Below, one piece after another: positions 11,861 to 60,700 of a stretch of DNA of 64,000 nucleotides. Position 1 is the first letter of the stretch; each line of letters begins with the position of its first letter. The notes beneath the pieces were generated by a model, which did not search any database, was not told where the DNA came from, and was given only the letters and a program-made list of their open reading frames with translations. The position numbers were made by a program, and so were the translations under genes. The DNA comes from Tubiluchus corallicola (lineage: Eukaryota > Animalia > Priapulida): contig JAQGDQ010000300.1 in assembly GCA_030141605.1 (NCBI GenBank), positions 62,001-126,000 on the forward strand, written 5' to 3'.

Positions 11861-12718
11861 ATTGATTTTTTTTTGTGCTGTGACCTCTTCTGGACACTTA
11901 ATGGTAAATGGACAATACAGGGCTTTTGGGATAACGAAGTAAAAGAGAGCTTGCTAAATCTGCTAATCAATTAAATGTTACATTACTTGATTTTTGTACA
12001 TAGACATTAGTTATAAATGTTAATTACTAACCAATATAATTTATATTAAATTTTGTACAGATGAACTAACTTAATATTGCGATTGTGTAAAATGTAATAT
12101 TTACTCTTTTGAGAAAAAAATAATATATATAAATAGAACAAAATAAAATCTTGTGCAGGTCCAAACATTCATGACAGTTTGTGAAAACCATCTCTACATA
12201 CTCACAGTGCATAGATCAAGGAGATTCAGCAGCTGAGGATCATTGACGTAACCCACAAATGAGGTTCAAGACGCAAGCCCTTGACCGTGAACCCACAATC
12301 AAATTTCAATAGATTGAGACATAGTTTGCCCGTATCTACGGTAACTGTCAAAAACCATCAACATCAACTTGCACAGGTCTGTCAAGATACTGGGGGATTA
12401 ACAAACCTGTTTGAAGTACAAATGACCCGTCTTGTGGGGTGTTAAGTCAGATTTAAGTCAAAAATAACTCAGATTTTTACAAAGAACTTAATCAAAACAA
12501 TCAGCTGCTGCCAAGAATGTCACTAACTGTACTGTAGTGCACTACATTGTACTACAAATGACTTTACTACAGTTACGAGAATTTTTAGAAAAGGATGTGC
12601 ACACGGATGCCCGCTAGCTCTTGAATACCAGTATTCGGAGAAATAAGCAGTAAACATATCAGTTCGAGAAAGTGCGGTGCGTGGTAAAGTTGAGGTTTTG
12701 TGAGATAAAACTTCTATC

Positions 12719-24866
<12,148 letters not shown>

Positions 24867-25339
24867 ACAAGTGGAGGCCATTTTAGAGGGTGGAATAACT
24901 GGAAGAAAAAATGGCAGCAGGTTACAAGAAAGACCTCTTCTTCGAGATAGATTCAAATAACCTAAATAGCAGCATGTTCAATTGTTCGTGTCCACGTACT
25001 GTTTGCATCTCATGCTTATCAATTAATTTACATAGCATGAAATACAACGTTGTGTTATCATTCTCGCTGGATATCTAATATTAAAAAAACATAATTAAGA
25101 GCAGCATGAACATAGAGCTGTAGCATTTCTTATGCAATTTTCTCTATGTAATTTGTATGTATACTTAAGTTTGTTTCAATAAACGAATAGTTTTCACTGC
25201 AATTTATTATTATTTCGTTAGAGTGAGAGGCTTTATTGACAAAGAGTAATATCATTATTATGCCGCATCAGTAGTTATCCTTAGTTCGGCCCTATATATT
25301 TACCTGATAACAAGGATAGTGTGTTGAGTGCTTGACTGG

Positions 25340-25630
25340 CTGATGGTTGGTTGGTTGGTTGGTTGGTTGTTGGTTGTTTGGTTGGCTGGTTGGTTTGTTG
25401 ATTCGTCGGTCGGTCAACTGGTAGGTAAGTTGACTGGCCGATCGATTGGCTAGCTGGCTGGCTATCTTGTAAGTTTGTTGGTTGATTCGTTGACTAGTTG
25501 GTTTTTTTGGTAGGTTGCTTCGTCGGTTGATTAGCTGATTTGTTGGTCGATCAGATGGTTGGTTAGTTGGTTGGTTGTTGTGTTGGTGCTCGATTGAGAG
25601 ATTGATTAGTTGGTGGCTTGGTTGGTTGCT
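25340..25630. repeat. Degenerate (GGTT)n microsatellite
   Basis: Directly visible. Confidence 0.85.
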
Positions 25631-26640
25631 TGTTTATTATTTTGTATTTTTCTTTTTTCTCTTGCATCACTCTTAAGGTACACTTCACAACAGCTACTGT
25701 GTAGATGTGATAATTATAATAAAATGTTAACAGGAATGTATACTAAAAGTGCAATTGGTCGGTACTTGATTATTTTTGGCCAGTTGGTTGGTTGGTTGGT
25801 TGGTTAGTCGGCTGGTTCTCTCGCATTTCAAGCAGCTTGTAGTCGAGCACATTTTAACAATTACTAATTAGGTAATTAATAAAGCCTAAACTACGAATTC
25901 CTAATGACGTATTTTGCTGGCATTTTTTTTCTAATGAAGACATGGTCTTGTTTAGGGCAGCAAAATCCGCTCGGTTGTTGTTTCGGTTGTTGTTATTTTT
26001 ATGCTTAACATCTCATTATTGTTTAGTCAAACAAAAGCGTTGGTCTACATATGCATTTCAGCGGAAAATATCTCGTCTAGACCTCGCTGCTCAACCCAAT
26101 TCTCTATAAAGTTTTAGACAATTTTGAAAAAAATGAAAAGCGGAGAAAGTTCTTCAAGCCTGACTAGATGAATTTCCTGTATTTTAAATCATCTTTGTTA
26201 TTCAAGGACTTTCGCTATCGTGCGGATCCACACTGTTGAAACAGAACCGCGAAAGGGATGCCATTTTAGCAAGAGGGGCCTAAAGTTCGTGCTTTTATCT
26301 TGCAGTTCATAAAAAACTTCAATCTGAGGGAAATTTGAAACGCTGAAACTATCCTAAAGAAGTGTTTTCCTAGAAAGTGATGGCACCGCTGCAAGCATAG
26401 ATAGCTACATAATGATATATACATTGATATAGCTACATGTTAAGTTTAGGCAAGTGAGGTATAGCGCTTCAGGCGACAAATTCTTGTGCTTCGCGCCGTG
26501 AAGGTTGCACGCACGTTTGTGTTGAGTCCACCTCAAGAAAACGGTTCACTAAGTGATGTAACAACAACTACTACAACAACGATTGCTCTATTCCTAGTGC
26601 GCGTGACAAATCTCTTAACGAAATAGCAAGTAATAGTTCA

Positions 26641-49867
<23,227 letters not shown>

Positions 49868-52800
49868 TAGTGAGCCGCCGTGGGACAGGAGACACGAAAG
49901 CAACGCCGTAAAGGAAAAATTAAATCGGCAACTCCAATTATTGACACCACAAGTTGTAGCACGTTAATCCCTATAGTAACATGTTGCATAAAATAGTGAA
50001 AACCTTTCAATGAAAAAAACGTTTTGCAAAAGTTGTACACTTTTAGCAACTTACTATTACGAGTCCTAAATCAAGTTCTGCAATTTAAAAGTCAGTATGT
50101 TGTGATAATATTTTTTCCCTGTAAAAACAGCTAAAATTTAAAACTAAGCTTTATAGATAACAGTTACAACAACTCTTTTGTCAAAGAGGCTTGACAAGAT
50201 TATTTACTATGCATTTAGAGACGTTGTGAAATTGTTACATAAGATATTATATATAATATGATATGATTAGTTATAAAATAAATCTTTGTTATTACAACCC
50301 AAGTAATATTACAACAGCCAAACGTGTGATATAATGTTCAGTGTTCACTCTTTCAGGATTTACAAAAAATTTATGTGATTTTTCGTGTATCTCAGAAAAG
50401 CTTTAACTTTGTATTTTACTTTTTAGGACTTTTTATACTTTTTTATATTTTTTAAATATACGATGTAGTTAGGCAGTTACACCAGACGCTTTATCGCTTT
50501 AGTGGCGCAAAGCAGAGCAGTACTCGTGTTGCTATGGTACATAGTTAGTGAACGTATCTAATAGTTGCTCTTGTTATGTGTGAATACAAAATGGCTGAAC
50601 TAATGAATAAATAAGTGTTATATATAACAGAGCGCAGTTTATTCAAGCACCGTTAATGTGACGGCATCAGCTTCTAAAACATTTCAAAAAATACAACTTC
50701 ACTATAAAATCTATTATGATGATGATTCTTTTTTTTGCCACAACAAATTATGGAGAAGTATCCAAGACTGTGGGAGAAGAAGCCAATTTCAATCAAGCGG
50801 ACACATTACTACTGCAAATACAATTCTACCTGCTTATGCCAATTGAAAAAAACAAAACTGCTCAGCAGCCAAAACGATCTGGATCTGTACAATCTACACA
50901 AGTGTTCAACCTATACACAATTAATATACCTAAATGTAAAGGCCTTGCAGTCAAGAGATTACAAAAATCTTCTGATAAAGTCACTCAATTTACAAAGATT
51001 TCAGCTTTATAAAAGCCGTTCAGCAGCAAATAAATACAAACATAGATAATTATATCATTTGAGCACATTAAGTTACCCTAAAGTTCCAAATACAAAGAAC
51101 TCAAAACTGCTGCTAAATTATACTTTTTTTAGGTTTACTAGAAACTATATATATTTGTAATATTCTAAACTACACAACAAGTAACAGTCCACTAGTAAGT
51201 CCAATATATTTAACACTGTACATGGTGCTTAAATGCAGTATATGTTCAACTTATTCAATCAAATTAGGCAAAACACTGAAATCAAAGTGCCTGAAACTTT
51301 TTTGAAGTAGAACCGGTTCTTTTAGGAATAAATAAATATATCCAAAATTAAAGGCAGCCATGACTAGACCTACTTCTACATATTGAACTCTGTAGCAAAT
51401 CGAAGCTTAGGTGACAATCCTTCGAATCTATAAAGTTTTTTGGGGGTTGGTACGAAAATTTTGCAAATAAATAACTTTATAGTCCTCTTGGGATTATGAA
51501 ACCAAAAATGTATTTTCTTCGTGTGGTTAATAATCTCATTAAAACAGTTATACACAGTGATTTCTGCAGTAATGTATGCATTAATTGCAACACGACGTTT
51601 GAACATACAACTCACGTTTGAATGGTAATTGTAAAATAAGAATTCAATTGAAAACACTGCCACTAACCTGAAAATGAATTGCAGGTAATTCAATACCAAT
51701 ACCAGCAAGCGTACACTGCAACGCATTGCACAAATTATTTGCATGATGTTTACTCATTTGACCTGCTAACAAGCCCGACCGAATCAGAATTTTCGCTTTT
51801 ATACCAAAAACCACTAAATGTGTCTTGCAACTTGGGGTAATAATTTCACTTTTAAACTGCTACTCTAAAACTAAAATGTAGGTTACAGCAATTTCTTTAA
51901 TTAAATTAATTGATAACAATGACTGCTGTAAACTATGAACTACTGTACATAACACCAGAACTTTGATGCAGAAGTGCTGAAATAGAGGTTTCTGACTAGG
52001 TAAAAAACTTTTAGTTATTTTCCTTATTCTGATGTACCAAACGCAAAAGGTGCCAGTAAAGAAAAGAGCTTTATTTATATCACTTCACGTTCAAGTGCTT
52101 TCACCCATTTTCTTTGCATAATTTTCATGGCAATGCTCATAGTTATATTAGATATTTTATCTCTCTTTTGAAAGTTTGGACTACCAACAGACAGACGATT
52201 TTTTGCAGCTCACATAACCAAATGTGACACTTCAATTTGTCTTTGTTACATAACAAAACAACGTTGCATAAATAATTGCTAATAACCATGCTAACATGAC
52301 TACAAAAACCTATGCGCTCTAGTCAAAAAACATCAAAAATATATCACATATGTTAGACTCATTCTAACAGCCAGCTTTTCAAATTGCAAATAATAATAAC
52401 AAGTGAATATTAAGGGTGAGCAATGACTTCAATCCGAACAAGTTTTTTGTAGTTCAATTCCATTCGAACCTAAAATTATAGAGTCGAATAATTCACCACT
52501 TCAACTACATACATTCTTTATCATTAAAACGTTTGAAACATCATGCAATCAACACAATTAAGATGCGATTTCTCGCAAAATTTTTAAGCAAATTATTAGC
52601 ATCTTTACTGCAGAACAAAATCAAGTAGTATGTATGATCATTGTGAGACATTTATTTATTTGTGATTCGAAAATTATTTCAAAAATTTTTACAACTGAAT
52701 TCGAATTTGATTTGGATTCGAAAATGCTAAAATTCAGTATCAATAACAACCGTCATTAGCCAAACAGACGGACTACATATATAGACAATGAATGATTACT

Positions 52801-53113
52801 ATATTACTGAAATATCTTGTCTATGTACCAGCATTTTAAAAACGTTACAAACCGTTCAAACCCAACTTGCCAGACTAAAAAGTTTAGATATGTATAGGTT
52901 TTTCATTTAACAATAACACGTATCAGTACTTTGCATCGGTATTTAACTCACAATCTTATCTGTAGAGTCTCAATTTTTGTGTAATTTTTAAGTATGTATT
53001 TGTTATTACGATGATATTAAGTGACGTAACAAATGAATTAAATAAAATCATGTGATATGTATGTAATGACACAAACATCATTTCCAAAATAACATCCATT
53101 CCTGCATTTTCAG

Positions 53114-53935
53114 ATTTTGTAAAGGGCATCCAATTGGTGCAACCCTACCAGTACAACTTGTGTCAAGAGACAATTTTGTCTTAGTGAAAGTTAAAATTGA
53201 TTCTGGAAAAGGGGCAAAATTCAGTTTGTCTTATCAAGGTGCATATACTATAATATGCTTTGATGTGTCCCTTCAAATACATACGCTGTACGCTGTGGCC
53301 CGTGTGTAGGTTGCCTACAAAACTTACAGCCAGGGATGTATTTACCAGTAGGGCTACGTACAAGAAGGCTGTAGCCTAGGGCGACAAATTTCAAGGGGCG
53401 CCAGGTTTTAGGAACTCAGTGTTAAAAATTCTCCTTGAAAAATATTCTCCTTTTCACATTCATATAAAGCGGGTCTTGTTTAACACGCCACAAGCAGTTA
53501 CTGGGTCCAATTTTATGTAAGCAACGTAACATAACAAACGAGTATAATAATTATGTAAAGGGTACTAAATCACAAGCAATTACGCAGCTTGTTTCAATAT
53601 AAATGCCATACAAATCTCCGTATCACAGCTTCATATGTAATACTATTGTTTAAACTGTGCCCGTATTTAACAGTAATCACGTAGGTAACACTGATACTAA
53701 TACACCACAACTAATTGCGCGCAGCGTTTCCATAATAGACCAGTCTTCAGTCTAGTGGTAACGCGTCCGCATTCCGCCTGGGAGGTCGTGTCTTATCAAA
53801 GATTTTAAAAATGGTACCTGCTGTTGCCCTGCCTGGCGCGTGGTATTTACGGTAAAAAGTGCTTAGAGCTAGCTAATGATACGTCTTTGTTGCAAGTTAG
53901 TAATTTATTATATTTTTCCAGTGGATGCTTGCTGA
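53114..53935 (+). pseudogene. Duplicate of the last two exons of astacin copy 3 (53114-53238, 53922-53935)
   Basis: Coding sequence matches 49046-49170 and 49854-49867. The donor is GTGCAT instead of GTGCGT. Could serve as alternative terminal exons. Confidence 0.75.
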
Positions 53936-56493
53936 TAGTGAGCCGCCGTGGGACAGGAGACACGAAAGCAACGCCGTAAAGGAAAAATTAAATCGGCAAC
54001 TCCAATTATTGACACCACAAGTTGTAGCACGTTAATCCCTATAGTAACATGTTGCATAAAATAGTGAAAACCTTTCAATGAAAAAAACGTTTTGCAAAAG
54101 TTGTACACTTTTAGCAACTTACTATTACGAGTCCTAAATCAAGTTCTGCAATTTAAAAGTCAGTATGTTGTGATAATATTTTTTCCCTGTAAAAACAGCT
54201 AAAATTTAAAACTAAGCTTTATAGATAACAGTTACAACAACTCTTTTGTCAAAGAGGCTTGACAAGATTATTTACTATGCATTTAGAGACGTTGTGAAAT
54301 TGTTACATAAGATATTATATATAATATGATATGATTAGTTATAAAATAAATCTTTGTTATTACAACCCAAGTAATGTGGTAATGTTAGTAAAGCTTTAGA
54401 ACAGCCAAACGTGTGATATAATGTTCAGTGTTCACTCTTTCAGGATTTACAAAAAATTTATGTGATTTTTCGTGTATCTCAGAAAAGCTTTAACTTTGTA
54501 TTTTACTTTTTAGGACTTTCTATACTTTTTTATATTTTTTAAATATACGATGTAGTTAGGCAGTTACACCAGACGCTTTATCGCTTTAGTGGCGCAAAGC
54601 AGAGCAGTACTCGTGTTGCTATGGTACATAGTTAGTGAACGTATCTAATAGTTGCTCTTGTTATGTGTGAATACAAAATGGCTGAACTAATGAATAAATA
54701 AGTGTTATATATAACAGAGCGCAGTTTATTCAAGCACCGTTAATGTGACGGCATCAGCTTCTAAAACATTTCAAAAAATACAACTTCACTATAAAATCTA
54801 TTATGATGATGATTCTTTTTTTTGCCACAACAAATTATGGAGAAGTATCCAAGACTGTGGGAGAAGAAGCCAATTTCAATCAAGCGGACACATTACTACT
54901 GCAAATACAATTCTACCTGCTTATGCCAATTGAAAAAAACAAAACTGCTCAGCAGCCAAAACGATCTGGATCTGTACAATCTACACAAGTGTTCAACCTA
55001 TACACAATTAATATACCTAAATGTAAAGGCCTTGCAGTCAAGAGATTACAAAAATCTTCTGATAAAGTCACTCAATTTACAAAGATTTCAGCTTTATAAA
55101 AGCCGTTCAGCAGCAAATAAATACAAACATAGATAATTATATCATTTGAGCACATTAAGTTACCCTAAAGTTCCAAATACAAAGAACTCAAAACTGCTGC
55201 TAAATTATACTTTTTTTAGGTTTACTAGAAACTATATATATTTGTAATATTCTAAACTACACAACAAGTAACAGTCCACTAGTAAGTCCAATATATTTAA
55301 CACTGTACATGGTGCTTAAATGCAGTATATGTTCAACTTATTCAATCAAATTAGGCAAAACACTGAAATCAAAGTGCCTGAAACTTTTTTGAAGTAGAAC
55401 CGGTTCTTTTAGGAATAAATAAATATATCCAAAATTAAAGGCAGCCATGACTAGACCTACTTCTACATATTGAACTCTGTAGCAAATCGAAGCTTAGGTG
55501 ACAATCCTTCGAATCTATAAAGTTTTTTGGGGGTTGGTACGAAAATTTTGCAAATAAATAACTTTATAGTCCTCTTGGGATTATGAAACCAAAAATGTAT
55601 TTTCTTCGTGTGGTTATCTCATTAAAACAGTTATACACAGTGATTTCTGCAGTAATGTATGCATTAATTGCAACACGACGTTTGAACATACAACTCACGT
55701 TTGAATGGTAATTGTAAAATAAGAATTCAATTGAAAACACTGCCACTAACCTGAAAATGAATTGCAGGTAATTCAATACCAATACCAGCAAGCGTACACT
55801 GCAACGCATTGCACAAATTATTTGCATGATGTTTACTCATTTGACCTGCTAACAAGCCCGACCGAATCAGAATTTTCGCTTTTATACCAAAAACCACTAA
55901 ATGTGTCTTGCAACTTGGGGTAATAATTTCACTTTTAAACTGCTACTCCAAAACTAAAATGTAGGTTACAGCAATTTCTTTAATTAAATTAATTGATAAC
56001 AATGACTGCTGTAAACTATGAACTACTGTACATAACACAAGAACTTTGATGCAGAAGTGCTGAAATAGAGGTTTCTGACTAGGTAAAAAACTTTTAGTTA
56101 TTTTCCTTATTCTGATGTACCAAACGCAAAAGGTGCCAGTAAAGAAAAGAGCTTTATTTATATCACTTCACGTTCAAGTGCTTTCACCCATTTTCTTTGC
56201 ATAATTTTCATGGCAATGCTCATAGTTATATTAGATATTTTATCTCTCTTTTGAAAGTTTGGACTACCAACAGACAGACGATTTTTTGCAGCTCACATAA
56301 CCAAATGTGACACTTCAATTTGTCTTTGTTACATAACAAAACAACGTTGCATAAATAATTGCTAATAACCATGCTAACATGACTACAAAAACCTATGCGC
56401 TCTAGTTAAAAAACATCAAAAATATATCACATATGTTAGACTCATTCTAACAGCCAGCTTTTCAAATTGCAAATAATAATAACAAGTGAATAT

Positions 56494-56883
56494 TAAGGGT
56501 GAGCAATGACTTCAATCCGAACAAGTTTTTTGTAGTTCAATTCCATTCGAACCTAAAATTATAGAGTCGAATAATTCACCACTTCAACTACATACATTCT
56601 TTATCATTAAAACGTTTGAAACATCATGCAATCAACACAATTAAGATGCGATTTCTCGCAAAATTTTTAAGCAAATTATTAGCATCTTTACTGCAGAACA
56701 AAATCAAGTAGTATGTATGATCATTGTGAGACATTTATTTATTTGTGATTCGAAAATTATTTCAAAAATTTTTACAACTGAATTCGAATTTGATTTGGAT
56801 TCGAAAATGCTAAAATTCGGTTTACTTTGAGTTCGAAAGTCACTAATTCGAATTCGTTTTCTGGTTGAGAATGCTCACCCCTA
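56494..56883. mobile_element. hAT-like MITE; truncated copy at 52411-52735
   Basis: TAAGGGTGAGCA ... TGCTCACCCCTA ends with internal ATTCGAA motifs. Flanks GTGAATAT / GTGACTAA (6/8 match). Confidence 0.65.
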
Positions 56884-57790
56884 GTGACTAATATTAATAA
56901 TTGTCTAAGTAATGCTCAGCCAGCAAGCACTATGCAAAGCAACCTAAGCAAATTTCTCCACAGGCAAGTAACACCACATTAGTCAAATTAAAACTAACAA
57001 AATATAACATAGTAACTGAATACTTGTGAAAATGTTTCATCAACCAACATCACCATCTACTTGATAAAAAAATCCAAAACTTGAAAAAAACAAGAAGAAA
57101 CTTTCATTTTTTCAAAAAGATAAAGTCGGTGAATTAAAGGAAAGCAAAGGTTTCTGGGCAACGGTAACAATCTTAAGGCATGTTTGCAACCAAATAGCAT
57201 GAAACTTTTTCTGTAATTACAGCCTGTTAAGCTAATCATGGCTGTTGCATAACCACACATTTACAGCCATAAATTCATCTATTTTCAACTGCAAATTCTG
57301 TGCCACAAAAACTAAAATAATTATGTGAAGTTAACATTTAATATTAATAACAAATTCACGATTTAAAGAATTTTCTACTAAATATGGGTGACTGAAAAAG
57401 GTCTCTAGACATGCTGGTGATACTTTATTAAGCACCGAATCATTTGGCAATGCAAGCATTTGACTAGAACAGAAGCAAAGCACAACACATTTACTATTCC
57501 TTGCACAATACACAAGCCAATAGATTATTCGCTATCCAGGAAAAGAAGCAGTTTATTTAAACACAATGAACTTGCCATTGGGCAAATATAATGACATTTT
57601 TGCGATAAAATATGACGTACAATTCTTTGCAAGTAAGATTCCATGTAAAACTGGAAAAAAGTGACTGAAAATTAACAGCACCAGTTCTGAAAAATGTACA
57701 AGAGAAGACTAATTGATTTTTATTTTAGCTATAATGATTATGCGACTACACAATTGCCTAAATGCAAAGCCAACTGCACTAAGGAAGAAA

Positions 57791-60700
57791 CTATCGTATG
57801 TTGGAACCAAAATGTGTCGTCCATTCTGGCGATGGTATACCAGTTTTGTAATGTCTACTGGATGTTTTGTTGAAGACAGGTAAAGTTTCACTTGCGTTCG
57901 CCGATAACGCCTGCAATAACCCAAGAGATAAACCTTTATAACTGCTTAATATCAATTAACAATGGCAATAGGTCAGTTCAGCAGCTTAGAACTGATTAAA
58001 TTTGTTGAAATCTCAAACAATATATCTAATTACATGGTCTTTTTTCATAAGCTTTTCACTTAAATAATAAAAAAGTTTTTAAAACTACTTTTTGTTTTTA
58101 ACTGGTTATTGGGTAACTATTATAGTGATAAGCTTTAAAGGAAGACAGGATGATTTTTCATATATTACCCCATTTTTAAGTCTGATAAAAATATACATTT
58201 TAACACAATTAATACTGCAAAAGCATTTCTGACCATTAAATAATAAGTTAAAAACTTAATTAATGACGGACGAGCCCAACTATTAATAACATCACAGACT
58301 AACATAATTTTCAACATCAAAAATATTCCATGAGCTTGTTGCACATGTTTGCGAAATCGAAAATTGAAGTACAGTGCTACTGTAAGATACTCAATGTGAT
58401 GTAATAAAACTCGGTAAGTTTTTAGATAAAAATTCAAATTTCAAATTTACAGCTGTGTTCACGCATGAGCTGTCGAACATGTGTAGTTCGTCACAAACTA
58501 ACACATCTGAACTGGGGTACAGAAACTGGTTTTTGTGCAACACTTTCCGAAATGCAGGCGCTAATGCCCATCTCACTAGCGAATGGCAAAATGCAGGTAA
58601 CAGCGAAGAATTAGTGGCGCGAATGCAAAATTGTGTTTGTCTGATAATAATTGTTTTACGTATGTCATTCTATAAAAAATAGTACGTTTCCTTTCAATGT
58701 TTTAAAGAATAGGTTGTTTTGACCTACAGTTTAAGGTTGGGTCCGGTTTTGCTTTAATATACAATTTTACCATCTCGCAAATTGGCGCTAAGGTCTTCCA
58801 CAATTGAACACTGTGATTTGATAGATTTGTTGTCTGTGATTCTTTATCATGAATAGAAAAGTTCATGAAACAAGATGAACATACCTTCACAAGCTTGAAA
58901 TAATAATTTGAGATTGATGTGCCAACATTTAACTTCACGTGCTGCCATTAAAATGCGCATGTTATCATTAGCTGAAGTGTTTTAAAAATGGTGATGTGTA
59001 TGTAGAAGTCTCGCAGTGAAGTAATTCTTTTCAGATTTTCGTCTAATTCGACTAAAAGAATTTCCAACTTTTTCAATTCATCTGTGCCAATTTTCAAACA
59101 TTTTGCTTTGTTATGTTAAAAAAATAAAAATTGTAAAGTGTCTAGCGACACTGAAACACCTGAGATATAACATCAACCAAGTCTCAACAGTTAAAATTTA
59201 CCTTCAAATAAATAACGGCATCAGTTGAGTAACCTTCTAATGAGTAAAGTTGTAAGTCTCCCTGAAAATATCTTGCATACAAGCGAGAGAGTGGAAGTCC
59301 GTATCCGTAGCCAGCAAGGGGTGCCGAAGTAGAGTCATCCCGTGATGGCTGCGGTGCAGTAGAATACATGTAATTGAAAAGTACATCGGCATTACTCCGT
59401 GGAATACCTCCACCCTTGTCAGACATCTAAAACATACAAATTAAAAATAAACTTCAACAAAGCAAACTGAGAAACAACAGAAAATGTACCAAATCATAGA
59501 AACAATCTTTTCCCTCTTCAAGTGACGTAATATTACTCTTCTTGACAACAACAAAAAACCCCGAAAACTTCTTTGAAGTACAATTCACAATCCTTCAGTT
59601 GCTCAGTACTCAAACTGCAATTTACATTTTCAGAATTATTAATTAATTAGCACACATATTCACACACTTTTATGGTATGTGAAGTATAAGAGCTTAAAAA
59701 AACATTGGTGGAATAACAATTTAAACAAATTTTTTCTACTTAATGACAAAAATTAACACTCAATAGTTGACGAAACTCAATTAAACCTATTCGAATATGA
59801 ATTTGTAGAGACTACACTATCAAGCTTATTTAGCTATAAACTTGAAGAAAAGACTAATACAATGTCTGGAAAATTCGAAATTAATGTTTTTTGGCTGTGC
59901 TGCCATCTAGTGCAAATATTGGTATTATTCAAACAACAACAACACAAAACACAACAAAAATATGCACAAAAGCTCAAATACTTGAAAATAAACGAGGTGT
60001 AAAAGGTACTGCTATTTATGCTTTTAACATCTTAATACAGCATAACTTAGCCAATTTTAATAATCTAGCCATATAATCAAAACCAGTGGCAGCTCGTAAC
60101 TAAAATTAGTGGGGGGTGCTGCTTCAAGTTTTTAACCATTATTTTAATACTGTTTAAAACGAAATAAACATACGTAATTTTAATGTCGTAATTTGTAATT
60201 GTAATTTTAAACAAATAAACATACGAAAGTTTATAAATAAACTTGATAAAATCCTAAACAAAAAATATTTTTTGCTTACTAATAACCTAAACTGTCATAG
60301 TTCAAGCTTGATCCATTCATGGTAAACACACGACAACTGACAACAACCTGTGTAAGCGACTCTACCTGAGCTCAGACATGTGCACATGGCCGCATGCGCC
60401 CAGCAGCCAAACACCGCATTGCTGGAGCGCACTATGCTGGGCTGTGAAGCAAACAGTACTACCCTCACATGCTCTGGTTCTGTACGAGTATAGAGAAAGA
60501 ACTAAAGAAAAAATACTTATATTGAATATTATCGATAATATTGAGTGAAAATAGGGGGTGCTATAGTTCCACAGTACCTATACCCGAGCTGCCGCTGATC
60601 AGAACTAAAACAGCAGCATATTTAGGCAGTACCACACGAGTTTCTGACTGATGAATATACCTTGATTGATAAGTCCTCTTCACCAAGCACAACAGTTACA

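Noticed and set aside
50658-55827. Pairs of identical small ORFs as a duplicated gene family
   Set aside because: They arise from the tandem duplication of AT-rich UTR or intergenic sequence, with no domain or splice support. One ORF is frameshifted in unit 2.
57709-57924. ORF-track protein MGYCRRYRR...
   Set aside because: Wrong frame. The true PDK last exon (57910-57791) is in a different minus-strand frame.
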